A DNA stretch of 64,000 nucleotides from Pseudomonadota bacterium (GTDB lineage Bacteria > Pseudomonadota > Gammaproteobacteria > Steroidobacterales > Steroidobacteraceae): contig JANXOV010000115.1 in NCBI GenBank assembly GCA_025357635.1, positions 4,471 through 68,470 on the forward strand, in the 5' to 3' direction. Both the position numbers and the translations under genes were made by a program. Every line of letters starts with the position of its first letter. Within the stretch, counting starts at the first letter, position 1. Below, piece after piece: positions 49,307 to 59,932 of this stretch. A model generated the notes under the pieces. It was given only the letters and a program-made list of their open reading frames with translations, had not been told where the DNA came from and ran no database searches.

Positions 49307-50194
49307 ATGAATTTTCTCGAAGTCGAATTCCCACTGGCCGGCCGCGACAGCGAAGCCATCGCCGCGGCGCTGGAAGAACTTGGCGCCCTGTCCGTCACCT
49401 TCATGGACCGCGGCGACGAACCGGTGCTCGAGCCGCTGCCCGGCGAGATGCGATTGTGGACCGATACCGCGGTGACTGCGTTGTTCGACGATTCTTTCAA
49501 CGCCGAACAGCGTCTGGCGCAACTGGCGCGGCGCATCGCACCCGACATCGCACTCAGCGCGCAGACACGCCGCGTCGAGGATCGGCTCTGGGAACGCGAG
49601 TGGCTCAAGGACTGGCGTCCGCTGCAATTCGGTCAACGGCTGTGGGTGTATCCCACCGATTCCACCGACCCGGTTCCCGAGGGCGCGATCGTCGTCAGGC
49701 TCGACCCGGGACTCGCCTTCGGCACCGGCACGCACGCCACCACGGCACAATGCCTGGACATGCTGGATTCAATGGACTTGATCGGCCGCCATGTCATCGA
49801 CTATGGCTGTGGATCGGGCATCTTGTGCATCGCAGCGCTCAAACTGGGCGCCTCATCGGCCGTCGGCGTCGACCTGGACCCACAGGCACTGCTGGCGCTA
49901 CGCGAAAACGCGCTGCGCAATGGCGTATCGGATAAGATTCGCGCGCAGGCCATCGGCCAGCCGCTGAGCGCGGCGGATTGTGTGGTGGCCAACATCCTCG
50001 CGCAGCCGCTCATCGACATCGCCCCCTTGCTGAGCGGAGCCTGCAGAGCCGGCGGCGACTTGATCCTGTCCGGAATACTGCTGGATCAGACCGGGCAGGT
50101 GCTTGCCGGGTACGCGGCGTGGTTCGATGAGGTTGAACGACGGCAGCGCGAGGGCTGGAGCTGTTTGTGGATGCGGCGCCGCGCCGCGTCTTAA
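49307..50194 (+). CDS. prmA: Ribosomal protein L11 methyltransferase
   Basis: 295 aa with LDPGLAFGTGTHATT and DYGCGSGIL motifs, following accBC as in many gammaproteobacteria. Confidence 0.9.
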   Translation: MNFLEVEFPLAGRDSEAIAAALEELGALSVTFMDRGDEPVLEPLPGEMRLWTDTAVTALFDDSFNAEQRLAQLARRIAPDIALSAQTRRVEDRLWEREWLKDWRPLQFGQRLWVYPTDSTDPVPEGAIVVRLDPGLAFGTGTHATTAQCLDMLDSMDLIGRHVIDYGCGSGILCIAALKLGASSAVGVDLDPQALLALRENALRNGVSDKIRAQAIGQPLSAADCVVANILAQPLIDIAPLLSGACRAGGDLILSGILLDQTGQVLAGYAAWFDEVERRQREGWSCLWMRRRAAS

Positions 50195-50218
50195 AGTTAC
50201 GCTGGAGAGATCACTGCC

Positions 50219-51430
50219 TTGTTTACGCAATGCCCCGAGTGCGAGACGATTTTCAAGCTGTCGGCCGAAGTACTGCGCGCCGCTGCCGGCGAAGTGCGCT
50301 GCGGCCGTTGTGGCGAGATCTTCAATGCGCTGCGCAGCCTGGCCGAGGAACCGCGCGCGTTCACCACGGGAGAATCGCTGCATGAGCAGGAGGCTCGCGC
50401 CGACAATATCCTGCGCTTCGTTCCCCCCGCTGAGTCGCCGACCCGCAAGCCCAGCGAGTTTGACGAGGACATCGAGCACGAAGGCTCGCCCGGCACGCAG
50501 ATCGCGCATCTGGAAATTCAAGGCGCGGAGGATCTCATGTCATGGTCGAGCGAGGATCAACAAGGCGAGGAGAGTTTCACCAGGACCATTGCGGATGATC
50601 CGTCCATGGAATTCACCTTGCCGCCGGGCGAGTTGGACAAGATCTTCATCGAAGCGCGGCCGCGGGACTTCGGCCGACTGAAGCCCTCGCCGGCGGCAGG
50701 CCAGCGCGCCGAGATAATCGAACTGAGCGATCCGGAGCCGATCGGCAGCGCGAGCGCAGATGCCGGCACGACGGAATCCGACGCGCAAGCGGTGCACGGC
50801 GCTGAACCCGCCGAATTTGTGCCCACCCGATTGCGCTCGCTTCAATTCGAGGAATCGATCGAGCGGGTCATCCTGCCGCAAAGCGGGTTCGATGAGCAGC
50901 ACGCGCCGGCGCCGCATCGCGGCCGATGGATCGCTGCTGCGGTTCTGTTCGCCGCCTTGCTGGGTGCACAGGTCATTCACCACAATCGGGATTCGCTGGC
51001 GCAGGCGGCCGGCATCGGCGCCGCGCTGCGCTCGTTTTACGAAATCACCGGCAACCCGCTGCCACTGCGAACCGATCTGGCGGCGTTTGAAGTGCGCCAA
51101 TGGGGCGTCACCGGCGATGCCAGTGCCAATGGCACCTTGCGAGTGCGCGCGAGCGTGATCAACACCGGCGCGACCGCCCAACCTTATCCTTTGTTGCGTC
51201 TCACCCTGGCCGACCGGTTCGGCACACACGTGGGCACACGGGACTTCAAGCCGGGAGAGTATCTGCGCAAGAAACCGACCCGGGCGCTGGACCCCGGCGA
51301 GCGCGCCGACGCGATCATTGAAATCCTCGATCCGGGAAAGACCGCCGAAGGATTCGAAATCGACGTGTGCGATCAGCCGTCGGACTCACGCGTGATCTGC
51401 GCCAACGACGCACCGGCGCGCGCCAGATAG
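50219..51430 (+). CDS. Zinc-ribbon (MJ0042-type) plus DUF3426 domain protein
   Basis: (TTG start) FTQCPECETIFKLSAEVLRAAAGEVRCGRCGEIFNAL is followed by an acidic linker, a TM segment and a C-terminal domain. This is the usual gene between prmA and dusB. Confidence 0.7.
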   Translation: MFTQCPECETIFKLSAEVLRAAAGEVRCGRCGEIFNALRSLAEEPRAFTTGESLHEQEARADNILRFVPPAESPTRKPSEFDEDIEHEGSPGTQIAHLEIQGAEDLMSWSSEDQQGEESFTRTIADDPSMEFTLPPGELDKIFIEARPRDFGRLKPSPAAGQRAEIIELSDPEPIGSASADAGTTESDAQAVHGAEPAEFVPTRLRSLQFEESIERVILPQSGFDEQHAPAPHRGRWIAAAVLFAALLGAQVIHHNRDSLAQAAGIGAALRSFYEITGNPLPLRTDLAAFEVRQWGVTGDASANGTLRVRASVINTGATAQPYPLLRLTLADRFGTHVGTRDFKPGEYLRKKPTRALDPGERADAIIEILDPGKTAEGFEIDVCDQPSDSRVICANDAPARAR

Positions 51431-51435
51431 GCACC

Positions 51436-52413
51436 ATGAAAATCGGTCCGTACGAATTGAGTTCGCGCGCGCTTCTCGCACCCATGGCCGGCGTGACCGA
51501 CCGCGCCTTTCGCCTGCTGTGCAGACGGTTCGGCGCCGGCCTTGCGCCTGCCGAGATGCTGACCTCGGACGTGCGCCTGTGGCACACGCCTAAATCGCAG
51601 CGGCGCAAAAATTTCGACGGCGAGCCGGGCTTGCGCGCCGTGCAGATTGCAGGCTGGGATCCGGCGATGATGGCGCTCGCCGCGCGGCGCAGCGTCGAGG
51701 ATGGAGCGCAGATCATCGACATCAACATGGGTTGCCCGGCCAAGAAAGTCTGCAGTCGTCTGGCAGGCTCCGCGCTGCTGCAGGACGAATCGCTGGTAGC
51801 GCGCATCCTGGAGGCGACCGTGCGCGCGGTGTCGGTGCCGGTGACGCTCAAGACGCGCACGGGGTGGGATCATGAGCGCAGGAACGGCCGGGCGATTGCG
51901 CGACTGGCGCAGGAGTCGGGAATCGCGGCCATCGCCATCCACGGCCGCACGCGCGCCGACATGTACCGCGGCGACGCCGAGCACGAGACGGTGCGCGAAA
52001 TAAAATCCGAACTGAAGATTCCGGTGATCGCCAACGGCGACATCGGCAGCGCAGAACAAGCGCGCGAGGTTTTGCGCAGCACCGGCTGCGATGCGGTGAT
52101 GATCGGACGCGCCGCCTGTGGCAGGCCATGGATTTTTGACGAAGTCAATTTTTTCCTCTCCACGGGAGAATTTCGTCCGCCGCTGGCGCGCGAAATCGTC
52201 CGTGATATCATGCGCGCCCACCTTGAGGACCTGTATGCGCTGTATGGCGATGACACAGGTGTTCGGGTGGCTCGCAAACACTTGAGTTGGTATTGCCGAC
52301 AGCATCCGGGGCGCGAAGAGCTCAGAACAATTCTCATGCAGGCGCAGACGCCGCAGGAACAATTGTCCATGTTGACGCGGCATTTCGACGCAGAGCCGCA
52401 GCGAGCTGCTTAA
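51436..52413 (+). CDS. dusB: tRNA-dihydrouridine synthase B
   Basis: MKIGPYELSSRALLAPMAGVTDRAFR...DINMGCPAKKV. Start set to ATG 51436. Confidence 0.92.
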   Translation: MKIGPYELSSRALLAPMAGVTDRAFRLLCRRFGAGLAPAEMLTSDVRLWHTPKSQRRKNFDGEPGLRAVQIAGWDPAMMALAARRSVEDGAQIIDINMGCPAKKVCSRLAGSALLQDESLVARILEATVRAVSVPVTLKTRTGWDHERRNGRAIARLAQESGIAAIAIHGRTRADMYRGDAEHETVREIKSELKIPVIANGDIGSAEQAREVLRSTGCDAVMIGRAACGRPWIFDEVNFFLSTGEFRPPLAREIVRDIMRAHLEDLYALYGDDTGVRVARKHLSWYCRQHPGREELRTILMQAQTPQEQLSMLTRHFDAEPQRAA

Positions 52414-52453
52414 CTGGGGATGCCCGCGGGTTGGTCGCTTTTCGGTTCGTATC

Positions 52454-52762
52454 ATGGTCACCAAGAAAAAATCAAAATCAAAAAAAGAGTCCGTGCCGTT
52501 CGACGGCCGCGACATCAAGGTCAATGGCAAGGGCGTGCCGTTGCGATCGCAGGCCGAAGAGGCGCTGCAGTGCTATTTTGAAACCCTCAACGGACACCGA
52601 CCCGCTCGCCTGTACGATCTGGTGATGCGCGAAGTCGAAGAACCGCTGTTCAAAGTCGTCATGGGCCACGTGGCGGGGAACCAAAGCCGCGCGGCGGACA
52701 TCCTGGGCATCAATCGCGGCACCCTGCGCAAGAAGCTCAAAGAGTTCGGAATCGGCGAGTAG
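52454..52762 (+). CDS. fis: DNA-binding protein Fis
   Basis: 102 aa with the C-terminal [29 protein letters not shown]. It lies downstream of dusB. Confidence 0.92.
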   Translation: MVTKKKSKSKKESVPFDGRDIKVNGKGVPLRSQAEEALQCYFETLNGHRPARLYDLVMREVEEPLFKVVMGHVAGNQSRAADILGINRGTLRKKLKEFGIGE

Positions 52763-52770
52763 TTGCGCAC

Positions 52771-54357
52771 TTGCCCAACTCCGTACGCGTCAGTCGAGCC
52801 CTTCTCAGCGTTTCGGACAAGACGGGCGTGGTGGAATTCGCGCGCGCGCTCAAGGAGCGCGGCATAGAACTGCTCTCCACCGGCGGCACCGCAAAGCTGC
52901 TGGTGCAGCACGGCATCCCCGTCAAGGAAGTGGCCGAGCACACCGGCTTTCCGGAAATCATGGACGGCCGCGTCAAGACCTTGCATCCGAAGATTCACGG
53001 CGGTCTGCTGGGACGCCGCGGCGTGGATGACGCGGTCATGCGCGAGCACGGAATCGAGTCCATCGATCTGCTCGCGGTCAACCTGTACCCGTTCGCTGCA
53101 ACCGTTGCGCAAGCGGATTGCACCTACGAAAGAGCGGTGGAGAACATCGACGTCGGCGGACCGGCCATGGTGCGTGCCGCCGCCAAGAATCACGCCTCGG
53201 TCACCGTCATCGTGGATCCTTCGGACTATCGCAACGTGCTGGACGAGCTCGCGGCCAATCAAGGAAGCACGGACATCGCCATGCGGCAGAAGCTGGCGGC
53301 CAAAGCGTTCGCGCACACGGCACAGTACGATGCCATGGTGTCGGCCTACTTCACCGGCACGCTGGGCGCCAAGCACGGGGCCGCCAGCGCACCGACCTTT
53401 CCCGATGATCTGAACATGTCGTTCCGCAAACGCATGGACCTGCGTTACGGGGAGAACCCGCATCAACAGGCGGCCTTCTACACCGATCCACGCGGCCTGG
53501 GAGCCAGCGTCAGCCGTGCCGTGCAGACGCAGGGCAAGGAGCTGTCCTACAACAACATCGCCGATGCCGATACGGCGCTGGAATGCGTGCGGCAATTCGA
53601 CCGCTGCGCCTGCGTCATCGTCAAACACGCCAATCCCTGCGGCGTGGCCGTGGGGCAAGATCCGCTGCAGGCGTATGACAATGCCTACAGGACGGACCCG
53701 ACCTCCGCCTACGGCGGCATCATCGCCTTCAACCGTCCGCTGGATGCAGCCGCGGCGCGCGCCATCCTCGAGCGGCAGTTCGTCGAGGTTATCCTGACGC
53801 CGGGCCTCGACACCGAGGCGGCATCCATCCTCGCCGCGAAAGACAATGCACGCGTGCTGGTGACAGGCGATCTGAGCGCGCCCGTATCGCAGCTGCTCGA
53901 GTACCGCAGCGTGGCCGGCGGTTTGCTGGTGCAATCCCGCGATACTGCCGGCATCAGCGCACCCGAATTGCGGCTGGTGACCCGGCGTGCGCCGACTGCG
54001 CTCGAGATGGAAGATCTGTTGTTTGCGTGGCGCGTGGCCAAGTTCGTCAAGTCCAATGCCATCGTCTTCGTGAAGAACTCGATGACCGTGGGCGTCGGCG
54101 CCGGCCAGATGAGCCGCGTGGTGAGCAGCAAGATCGCCGCCATGAAAGCCGCCGACGAAAACCTGTCCACCGCGGGCGCCGCCATGGCCTCCGATGCATT
54201 TTTCCCGTTTCGCGATGGACTGGACGTGGCCGCGGGCTTGGGCATCAAGGCTGTGATTCAGCCCGGCGGTTCCAAGCGCGACGATGAAGTCATCGCAGCG
54301 GCGGATGAGCACGGCATGACCATGCTGTTCACCGGCATCCGCCACTTCCGGCACTGA
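52771..54357 (+). CDS. purH: Bifunctional AICAR transformylase / IMP cyclohydrolase
   Basis: 528 aa, [16 protein letters not shown]...[10 protein letters not shown]. The apparent start is TTG at 52771. Confidence 0.93.
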   Translation: MPNSVRVSRALLSVSDKTGVVEFARALKERGIELLSTGGTAKLLVQHGIPVKEVAEHTGFPEIMDGRVKTLHPKIHGGLLGRRGVDDAVMREHGIESIDLLAVNLYPFAATVAQADCTYERAVENIDVGGPAMVRAAAKNHASVTVIVDPSDYRNVLDELAANQGSTDIAMRQKLAAKAFAHTAQYDAMVSAYFTGTLGAKHGAASAPTFPDDLNMSFRKRMDLRYGENPHQQAAFYTDPRGLGASVSRAVQTQGKELSYNNIADADTALECVRQFDRCACVIVKHANPCGVAVGQDPLQAYDNAYRTDPTSAYGGIIAFNRPLDAAAARAILERQFVEVILTPGLDTEAASILAAKDNARVLVTGDLSAPVSQLLEYRSVAGGLLVQSRDTAGISAPELRLVTRRAPTALEMEDLLFAWRVAKFVKSNAIVFVKNSMTVGVGAGQMSRVVSSKIAAMKAADENLSTAGAAMASDAFFPFRDGLDVAAGLGIKAVIQPGGSKRDDEVIAAADEHGMTMLFTGIRHFRH

Positions 54358-54361
54358 CCCC

Positions 54362-55657
54362 ATGAAGGTGCTGATCGTCGGCGGCGGCGGGCGCGAACAC
54401 GCGCTGGCCTGGAAGTGCGCGCAATCCGCGCGGGTCGAACGCGTCTACGTCGCGCCCGGCAATGCCGGCACCGCTTTGGAACCCAGGGTTGAAAACCTCG
54501 ACATTCCTGCCGAGGATATCGCCGCCCTTAGAAATTTCGCCCAGCATCAGTCGATCGAGTTGACCATCGTCGGTCCCGAAGTGCCGCTGGTCGCGGGCAT
54601 CGTCGATGAGTTCACCGCGGCGGGGCTGCGATGCTTCGGGCCCACGCGCGCCGCGGCCAGACTGGAAGGCTCCAAGGCCTACTCCAAAGATTTCCTGCGC
54701 CGCCACCGCATACCGACGGCCGGATATGCGAATTTCACCCAGGAGACTTTCGATCCCGCCTACATCCGCGCCAGCCGTCTGCCGGTGGTGATCAAGGCGG
54801 ACGGCCTCGCCGCCGGCAAAGGCGTGGTGATCTGTGAATCGCACGAGGAGGCCTTGAGCACTGCGAAACGCATGCTCGATGGCGCTTTCGGCGCCGCCAG
54901 CCGCACCATCGTCGTGGAGGAGTTCCTGCAGGGAGAGGAAGCCAGCTTCATCGTCGTCGCGCACGATCAACAAGTGATCGCGCTGGCCAGCTCCCAGGAT
55001 CATAAGCGGCGCGATGACGGGGATCACGGGCCCAACACCGGCGGGATGGGCGCCTATTCCCCCGCGCCGGTGGTGACCGCGCAGATTCACGAGCGCGCCA
55101 TGCGCGAGGTCATCGTTCCGACCCTGCAGGGCCTTGCGGCCGACGGCAACCGCTACACCGGGTTTCTCTACGCCGGACTCATGATCGGCGCCGACGGCAC
55201 ACCCAATGTTCTGGAATTCAACTGCCGACTGGGCGACCCGGAAACCCAGCCCATCCTCATGCGCCTGCGCAGCGATCTGACCGAGCTTTGCGATGCGGCG
55301 ATCGACGGCACGCTGGACCGGGTGACGCCCGCCTGGGACCGGCGCGCGGCTCTCGGCGTGGTGATGGCGGCGGGCGGCTATCCGGACAGCCACCACATGG
55401 GCGATGTGATTCACGGCCTCGACGCCGCAGCGCGCCTGCCGGGAAAGGTGTTTCATGCAGGAACCCAAACACGCGGCAGCGAGGTGCTGACCAGCGGCGG
55501 GCGCGTGTTATGCGCGGTGGGCCTGGGTGAAAGCGTCGGCGCCGCACAGCATCAGGCATACGAGCTGGTGCATGCGATTCATTGGAACCTGGTGCAATAC
55601 CGCCGCGATATCGGCTATCGCGCCATTGCGCGCGAGACTCACGGCAAGCGCTCCTAG
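54362..55657 (+). CDS. purD: Phosphoribosylamine-glycine ligase
   Basis: 431 aa, [18 protein letters not shown]... Confidence 0.95.
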   Translation: MKVLIVGGGGREHALAWKCAQSARVERVYVAPGNAGTALEPRVENLDIPAEDIAALRNFAQHQSIELTIVGPEVPLVAGIVDEFTAAGLRCFGPTRAAARLEGSKAYSKDFLRRHRIPTAGYANFTQETFDPAYIRASRLPVVIKADGLAAGKGVVICESHEEALSTAKRMLDGAFGAASRTIVVEEFLQGEEASFIVVAHDQQVIALASSQDHKRRDDGDHGPNTGGMGAYSPAPVVTAQIHERAMREVIVPTLQGLAADGNRYTGFLYAGLMIGADGTPNVLEFNCRLGDPETQPILMRLRSDLTELCDAAIDGTLDRVTPAWDRRAALGVVMAAGGYPDSHHMGDVIHGLDAAARLPGKVFHAGTQTRGSEVLTSGGRVLCAVGLGESVGAAQHQAYELVHAIHWNLVQYRRDIGYRAIARETHGKRS

Positions 55658-55662
55658 CTCAT

Positions 55663-56187
55663 CTACGGCGGGTGGGCAGCGGCACGAAACGTGTCCGCGA
55701 TAAGCTTCAAGGATTGCGCATCGTCCCATTGGCGCGCGCCGTAGATTTTACGCAGCACGCGGCCTTCGGCATCGACGAGCAGCGTCAGCGGCAGACGCGA
55801 GGCGCCCAGCATGTTTTCCAGCATCAGGTTCTGGTCGATGAAATGACTCAAGGTGGCATTGGTACGGGTCAACAATGACCTGGCCTGGTCCGCATCGTCG
55901 TCGGTGGAGATGCCGATTATCTTGAATCGCACCGGCAGTTCCAGCCAGGCGAGGCGCTCCAGGGACGCCATTTCCGCCTGACACGGACCGCACCAGCTTG
56001 CCCACACATTGATGATGAGTGCACTGCCGCGAAACCCCGACAGGGGAGCCGGCGGCCCGTTGAGTCCGCGCAAAATGACATCGCGCAGATGCCCGCCCAC
56101 CGGCACTTCACCCGGCGTCGACCCCGGCGCTGCATCCGCGGTGTAATAGCCCGCCAATAAAACCGCCAGGAACAGCGCTCTGATCAT
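55663..56187 (-). CDS. TlpA/redoxin-family periplasmic thioredoxin-like protein
   Basis: Signal peptide MIRALFLAVLLAGYYTADA and the motif NVWASWCGPCQAEM. Start set to ATG 56187. Confidence 0.75.
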   Translation of the reverse strand: MIRALFLAVLLAGYYTADAAPGSTPGEVPVGGHLRDVILRGLNGPPAPLSGFRGSALIINVWASWCGPCQAEMASLERLAWLELPVRFKIIGISTDDDADQARSLLTRTNATLSHFIDQNLMLENMLGASRLPLTLLVDAEGRVLRKIYGARQWDDAQSLKLIADTFRAAAHPP

Positions 56188-56205
56188 GTAGAGTTTAATG
56201 ACAGT

Positions 56206-56913
56206 TTGAACGGCAAAACGCAACCGATAGATGGCTTACCCTTGACAACTTTTCTCCTGGCGTTCGGCGCGCTGTTCTCCATTGTCAATCCCTTGTCCGG
56301 CGCTTTCATCTTCTACGGGGCGACGCGCGAACTCGACCAGCGCGCTCGCACCCAAGTGTCGCGCTGGGTGGGCATCTATGCCTTCTGCATCGTCACCGTT
56401 TCGCTGTACATCGGCGCGTACGTGCTGAGCTTTTTCGGCATTTCCATCCCGGTGCTGCGGGTGGCGGGCGGCATCGTGATATCCATGTCGGGCTGGCGGA
56501 TGCTGAGTGAGCCGGATGTCACCGAACAGCGGCGCAGCGAAACACCCAGCCCGCGCTCTATCGCCGCGCCACCCAGCCGACTGGCCTTCTACCCGCTGAC
56601 CATGCCGTTGACGACGGGACCGGGCACGATCTCGGTGGCCGTATCGCTGGGTGCAAGCCGGCCCAGCGGCATCAACGTCTCCTTGCTGGCGTTCTTCCTC
56701 CAGACCCTGACTGCCGTGGCGCTGCTCGCGCTGATCATCTACGTGATGTACCGCAATTCATCGCGCATCGCCGATTTGATCGGCGCCACGGGGACCACCA
56801 TCATTGTCAGGTTGTCGGCTTTTCTGCTTTTTTGCATCGGCATTCAAGTATTCTGGAACGGTGCGGCGGAACTGCTGGGCAGCCTGCGGATCGGTTCCAC
56901 AGGCGCGCCTTGA
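56206..56913 (+). CDS. MarC-family (UPF0056) inner membrane protein
   Basis: FLLAFGALFSIVNPLSGAFIFYG with six hydrophobic segments. The start is uncertain (TTG 56206 in the track). Confidence 0.75.
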   Translation: MNGKTQPIDGLPLTTFLLAFGALFSIVNPLSGAFIFYGATRELDQRARTQVSRWVGIYAFCIVTVSLYIGAYVLSFFGISIPVLRVAGGIVISMSGWRMLSEPDVTEQRRSETPSPRSIAAPPSRLAFYPLTMPLTTGPGTISVAVSLGASRPSGINVSLLAFFLQTLTAVALLALIIYVMYRNSSRIADLIGATGTTIIVRLSAFLLFCIGIQVFWNGAAELLGSLRIGSTGAP

Positions 56914-56918
56914 GGCGC

Positions 56919-59192
56919 ATGACACGCGCACCCTGGTCCTGTTTTCGTTTATGCGCTCTGCTGGCGCTGCAGGCAACCTGCGCGTGCCTTGCGATTGCCG
57001 CCGACACCGCTGTTGCTGACACCAAACCACCGGCACATCGTCCGCGAATCGGATTGGTGCTGGGAGGCGGTGGCGCGAAGGGCGCGGCGCATGTCGGGGT
57101 CCTGCGGGTATTGGAAGACCTGCGCATCCCCATCGACTGCATCGCCGGCACCATCATGGGCGCCCTCGTGGGCGCCACATTCGCCGCCGGCCAGTCGCCC
57201 GCGGCGATCGAAAAACAGGTGCTCGCCATCGACTGGACGCAGACCGTGGGTGGCGCGGGCCTGCGCGACCGCACGCGCATCCACCGCAAGCTCGCGGGCG
57301 CCATCTACAGCAACAACTTTGAACTGGCGCTGAAGGGCGGCCAGATCAGGGTGCCCGGCGGCGTGCTGGAGACGCAGAATGTCGAAGAGATTCTGCGCGC
57401 GCTGGTGCGCAATGCACGGCTTGCCAACAATTTCGACGAGCTGCCGATCCCCTTCCGCGCCATCGCCACCGACATGCAGGCGGGCCAGATGGTGGTCTTG
57501 GACCGCGGCGATTTGTCGGTTGCCATGCGCGCCAGCATGGCGGTGCCGGGCTTGTTCGCGCCGGTGGTGATGGGCAAGCGTGTGCTGGCGGACGGTGGAT
57601 TGATTCGCAACCTGCCGGTGGACGTGGTGCGGCAGCAATGCGCCGAGGTCGTGATCGCCGTGTCGCTGGCCTCTCCGCCGCCGCGCCCGGATGAGCTGAC
57701 CTCGGCGCTGAATCTGATCGGCCGCACCATCGATGTCATGATCGATGCCAACCAGAACGCGCAACTGGCCACGCTCACCGAGCGCGACGTCAGCATCGTC
57801 GTGCCCATGGGCGACATCGGCTCGGCGTCTTTCGACAAGGTGGCGCAGGCGATACCGCTGGGCCGCGCGGCCGCACTGACACAGCTCGCGGCGCTATCGC
57901 GCTATTCGCTCCCCGAGGCGGACTATCGCGCCTGGCGGGCCTCGATCGACCAGCGGGACAGCCCCGAAATCCGCCTCGCCAAGGTTGAGATCACCGGCCT
58001 GGATTTCGTCAACCCGGCATACGTCGAACAGCAGCTGCTCAACGCCAAGGTGGGCAAGGTGGTCTCGACCAGCGATATCGCTGCCGATACCAGCCGCGTG
58101 TACGCACTGGGTGATTTCCAGAAAGTGGAGTACCGAATCAGCGGTGAGCCGTCGGCCTCGATCCTGGAGATCAATGCCGTGGAAAAGCCCTGGGGGCCGG
58201 ATTTCCTGCGCTTCGATCTGGGACTGGCCGCGTCGATCAGCCGCGATTTTGCTCTCGTGATCCGCGGCGAACATCGACGCCCGTGGCTGAATTCCCTCGG
58301 CGGGGAATGGCGCAGTGCCTTGCAGCTGGGGCAGCGCTCGATCCTGGAAACGGCGCTCTACCAGCCCTTTCGCATCGACCAGCAATTTTTCATCGAGCCT
58401 GCCCTGCGGGCGCAACGCCGCCTGGAGAATGTCTTCAGCGACGGCAATGAAATCGCCCGCTATCAGTTTCTGGATTACTACGGGCAGGTCGATCTGGGAT
58501 TCAATCTGGACTCGCGCGGGCAGTTTCGCGTCGGCGTGCGCAGCGGCGCATCGCGCGCAACGCTTGAAACCGGCGCAACGGACCTGCCGGATTTGCCTAC
58601 CACGCAGCACTCCGACCTGGTGGTCAGCGCGATCTGGGATACGTTCGACTCTGCCGCCGAGGCAACCCAGGGAACGCTGGCGAAACTGCTGTTCGTCAGC
58701 TCCGGATCCCTGCTCGGCGGCGCGGAATCCTACGATGAAATGGAACTGGCGCTGGGACACGCGCTGCGCATCGGCGGCAACCGCCTGCTGCTTGCCGCCG
58801 CCGCCGGCGCGCGGCTTAGCGGAACGCTCCCCACTTATCGGAACTTCGAGATCGGCGGGATCCGGACCTTTCCGGGCCTGGAGCCCGGAGAGTTGCGCGG
58901 TGATCGCTACTGGACCGTGATGGTCAACTACGGCTACAAACTGGCCGATATCCAGCCGCTTTTCGGACATGCAATCTATGGCGGCCTGCGGCTGCAGGCC
59001 GTCCGGATGAGCAATCGCCTGGATGGCGTTCCCGACGGCGTCATTTTCGGTGCGGCCGCCACTGTCGGAGGCCGCACGCCGCTGGGGCCGATGCTGATCA
59101 CGCTGGGGGCGGCGGATAATGGCCGGTTACAGCTGCAGCTTGCAATCGGACGGCCCATCGAAGAAGGCTCGATGCTCGATATATTCCACTGA
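56919..59192 (+). CDS. PlpD-like patatin-domain / Omp85-barrel protein (type Vd autotransporter-like) with a non-canonical nucleophile motif
   Basis: There is a signal peptide from ATG 56919. The patatin blocks are GGGGAKGAAHVGVL, AGTIMGA (expected GxSxG), ASMAVPG and ADGGL. A roughly 450-aa C-terminal region looks like POTRA plus a beta-barrel. Confidence 0.75.
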   Translation: MTRAPWSCFRLCALLALQATCACLAIAADTAVADTKPPAHRPRIGLVLGGGGAKGAAHVGVLRVLEDLRIPIDCIAGTIMGALVGATFAAGQSPAAIEKQVLAIDWTQTVGGAGLRDRTRIHRKLAGAIYSNNFELALKGGQIRVPGGVLETQNVEEILRALVRNARLANNFDELPIPFRAIATDMQAGQMVVLDRGDLSVAMRASMAVPGLFAPVVMGKRVLADGGLIRNLPVDVVRQQCAEVVIAVSLASPPPRPDELTSALNLIGRTIDVMIDANQNAQLATLTERDVSIVVPMGDIGSASFDKVAQAIPLGRAAALTQLAALSRYSLPEADYRAWRASIDQRDSPEIRLAKVEITGLDFVNPAYVEQQLLNAKVGKVVSTSDIAADTSRVYALGDFQKVEYRISGEPSASILEINAVEKPWGPDFLRFDLGLAASISRDFALVIRGEHRRPWLNSLGGEWRSALQLGQRSILETALYQPFRIDQQFFIEPALRAQRRLENVFSDGNEIARYQFLDYYGQVDLGFNLDSRGQFRVGVRSGASRATLETGATDLPDLPTTQHSDLVVSAIWDTFDSAAEATQGTLAKLLFVSSGSLLGGAESYDEMELALGHALRIGGNRLLLAAAAGARLSGTLPTYRNFEIGGIRTFPGLEPGELRGDRYWTVMVNYGYKLADIQPLFGHAIYGGLRLQAVRMSNRLDGVPDGVIFGAAATVGGRTPLGPMLITLGAADNGRLQLQLAIGRPIEEGSMLDIFH

Positions 59193-59353
59193 GGCCGGGC
59201 GCGCGCATTGTATCGATCGTGCCGGGCATGCGAAAGTACGGCCGCAATTTTGCGAATGAACACTGTCGTGAGAAATGAACATGCACATGCGGTCGCTCCC
59301 GGTCCCGTCACGCGCCGCGGTCGAGTAACCGAATTGCGGCACGCTGCACCCTC

Positions 59354-59932
59354 ATGGCTACCGGCGCAATGATCCGACTCGCCCTGCATTGCCATCCGGC
59401 GACTCCCGCAGTGGCTGTGCGGAGCGTGCACGTGGCACTAGGCGCGCAGAATGACGGCGCAATGAGCCTCGACTTTGAACTTGATTCGAGCGAACCCGGC
59501 GCGCTCATGGCGCCTGCACACGCAGAGCCGGCATTCGAGGACGATCTGTGGCGCCATACCTGCTTCGAGCTGTTTGCGGCGGGCCCTGTGAACAGCTATC
59601 GCGAATTCAACTTCTCGCCCTCATGCGCGTTTGCCATCTATGATTTCACGCAGTATCGGGAAGCGATGACACGCGTCGATGAGCCGGCGCGGCCCGTCAT
59701 CGAAGCGGCGCGGGGCGCGATGGCGATGCATGTTCTGGTGCCGCGCACTCTGTTGGAACTGAGCGGTGCAACGGTGCTGTCAATCGGCATCGCAGCGGTC
59801 ATCGAAGAGCGCGGCGCCAGGCTGTCGTACTGGGCGCTGCATCACCCGGGCATCAAGCCTGATTTTCATCATCGCTGCGGGTTCGTCGCAAGCTGGCCGC
59901 TGCGAAGCGGCTGCGAGGAGCGGAGTCCTTGA
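59354..59932 (+). CDS. Hypothetical protein (possibly a DOMON-like beta-sandwich)
   Basis: 192-aa ORF, translationally coupled (TTGA overlap) to the DUF1343 gene. I cannot support a family assignment with a motif. Confidence 0.45.
   Translation: MATGAMIRLALHCHPATPAVAVRSVHVALGAQNDGAMSLDFELDSSEPGALMAPAHAEPAFEDDLWRHTCFELFAAGPVNSYREFNFSPSCAFAIYDFTQYREAMTRVDEPARPVIEAARGAMAMHVLVPRTLLELSGATVLSIGIAAVIEERGARLSYWALHHPGIKPDFHHRCGFVASWPLRSGCEERSP

Noticed and set aside
52573-54363. 596-aa minus-strand ORF
   Set aside because: It is antisense to purH (and fis). It is a shadow frame with Gly/Arg/Ala-rich composition and no recognisable domain.
57894-58970. 358-aa minus-strand ORF
   Set aside because: It is antisense to the PlpD-like gene, a shadow frame.
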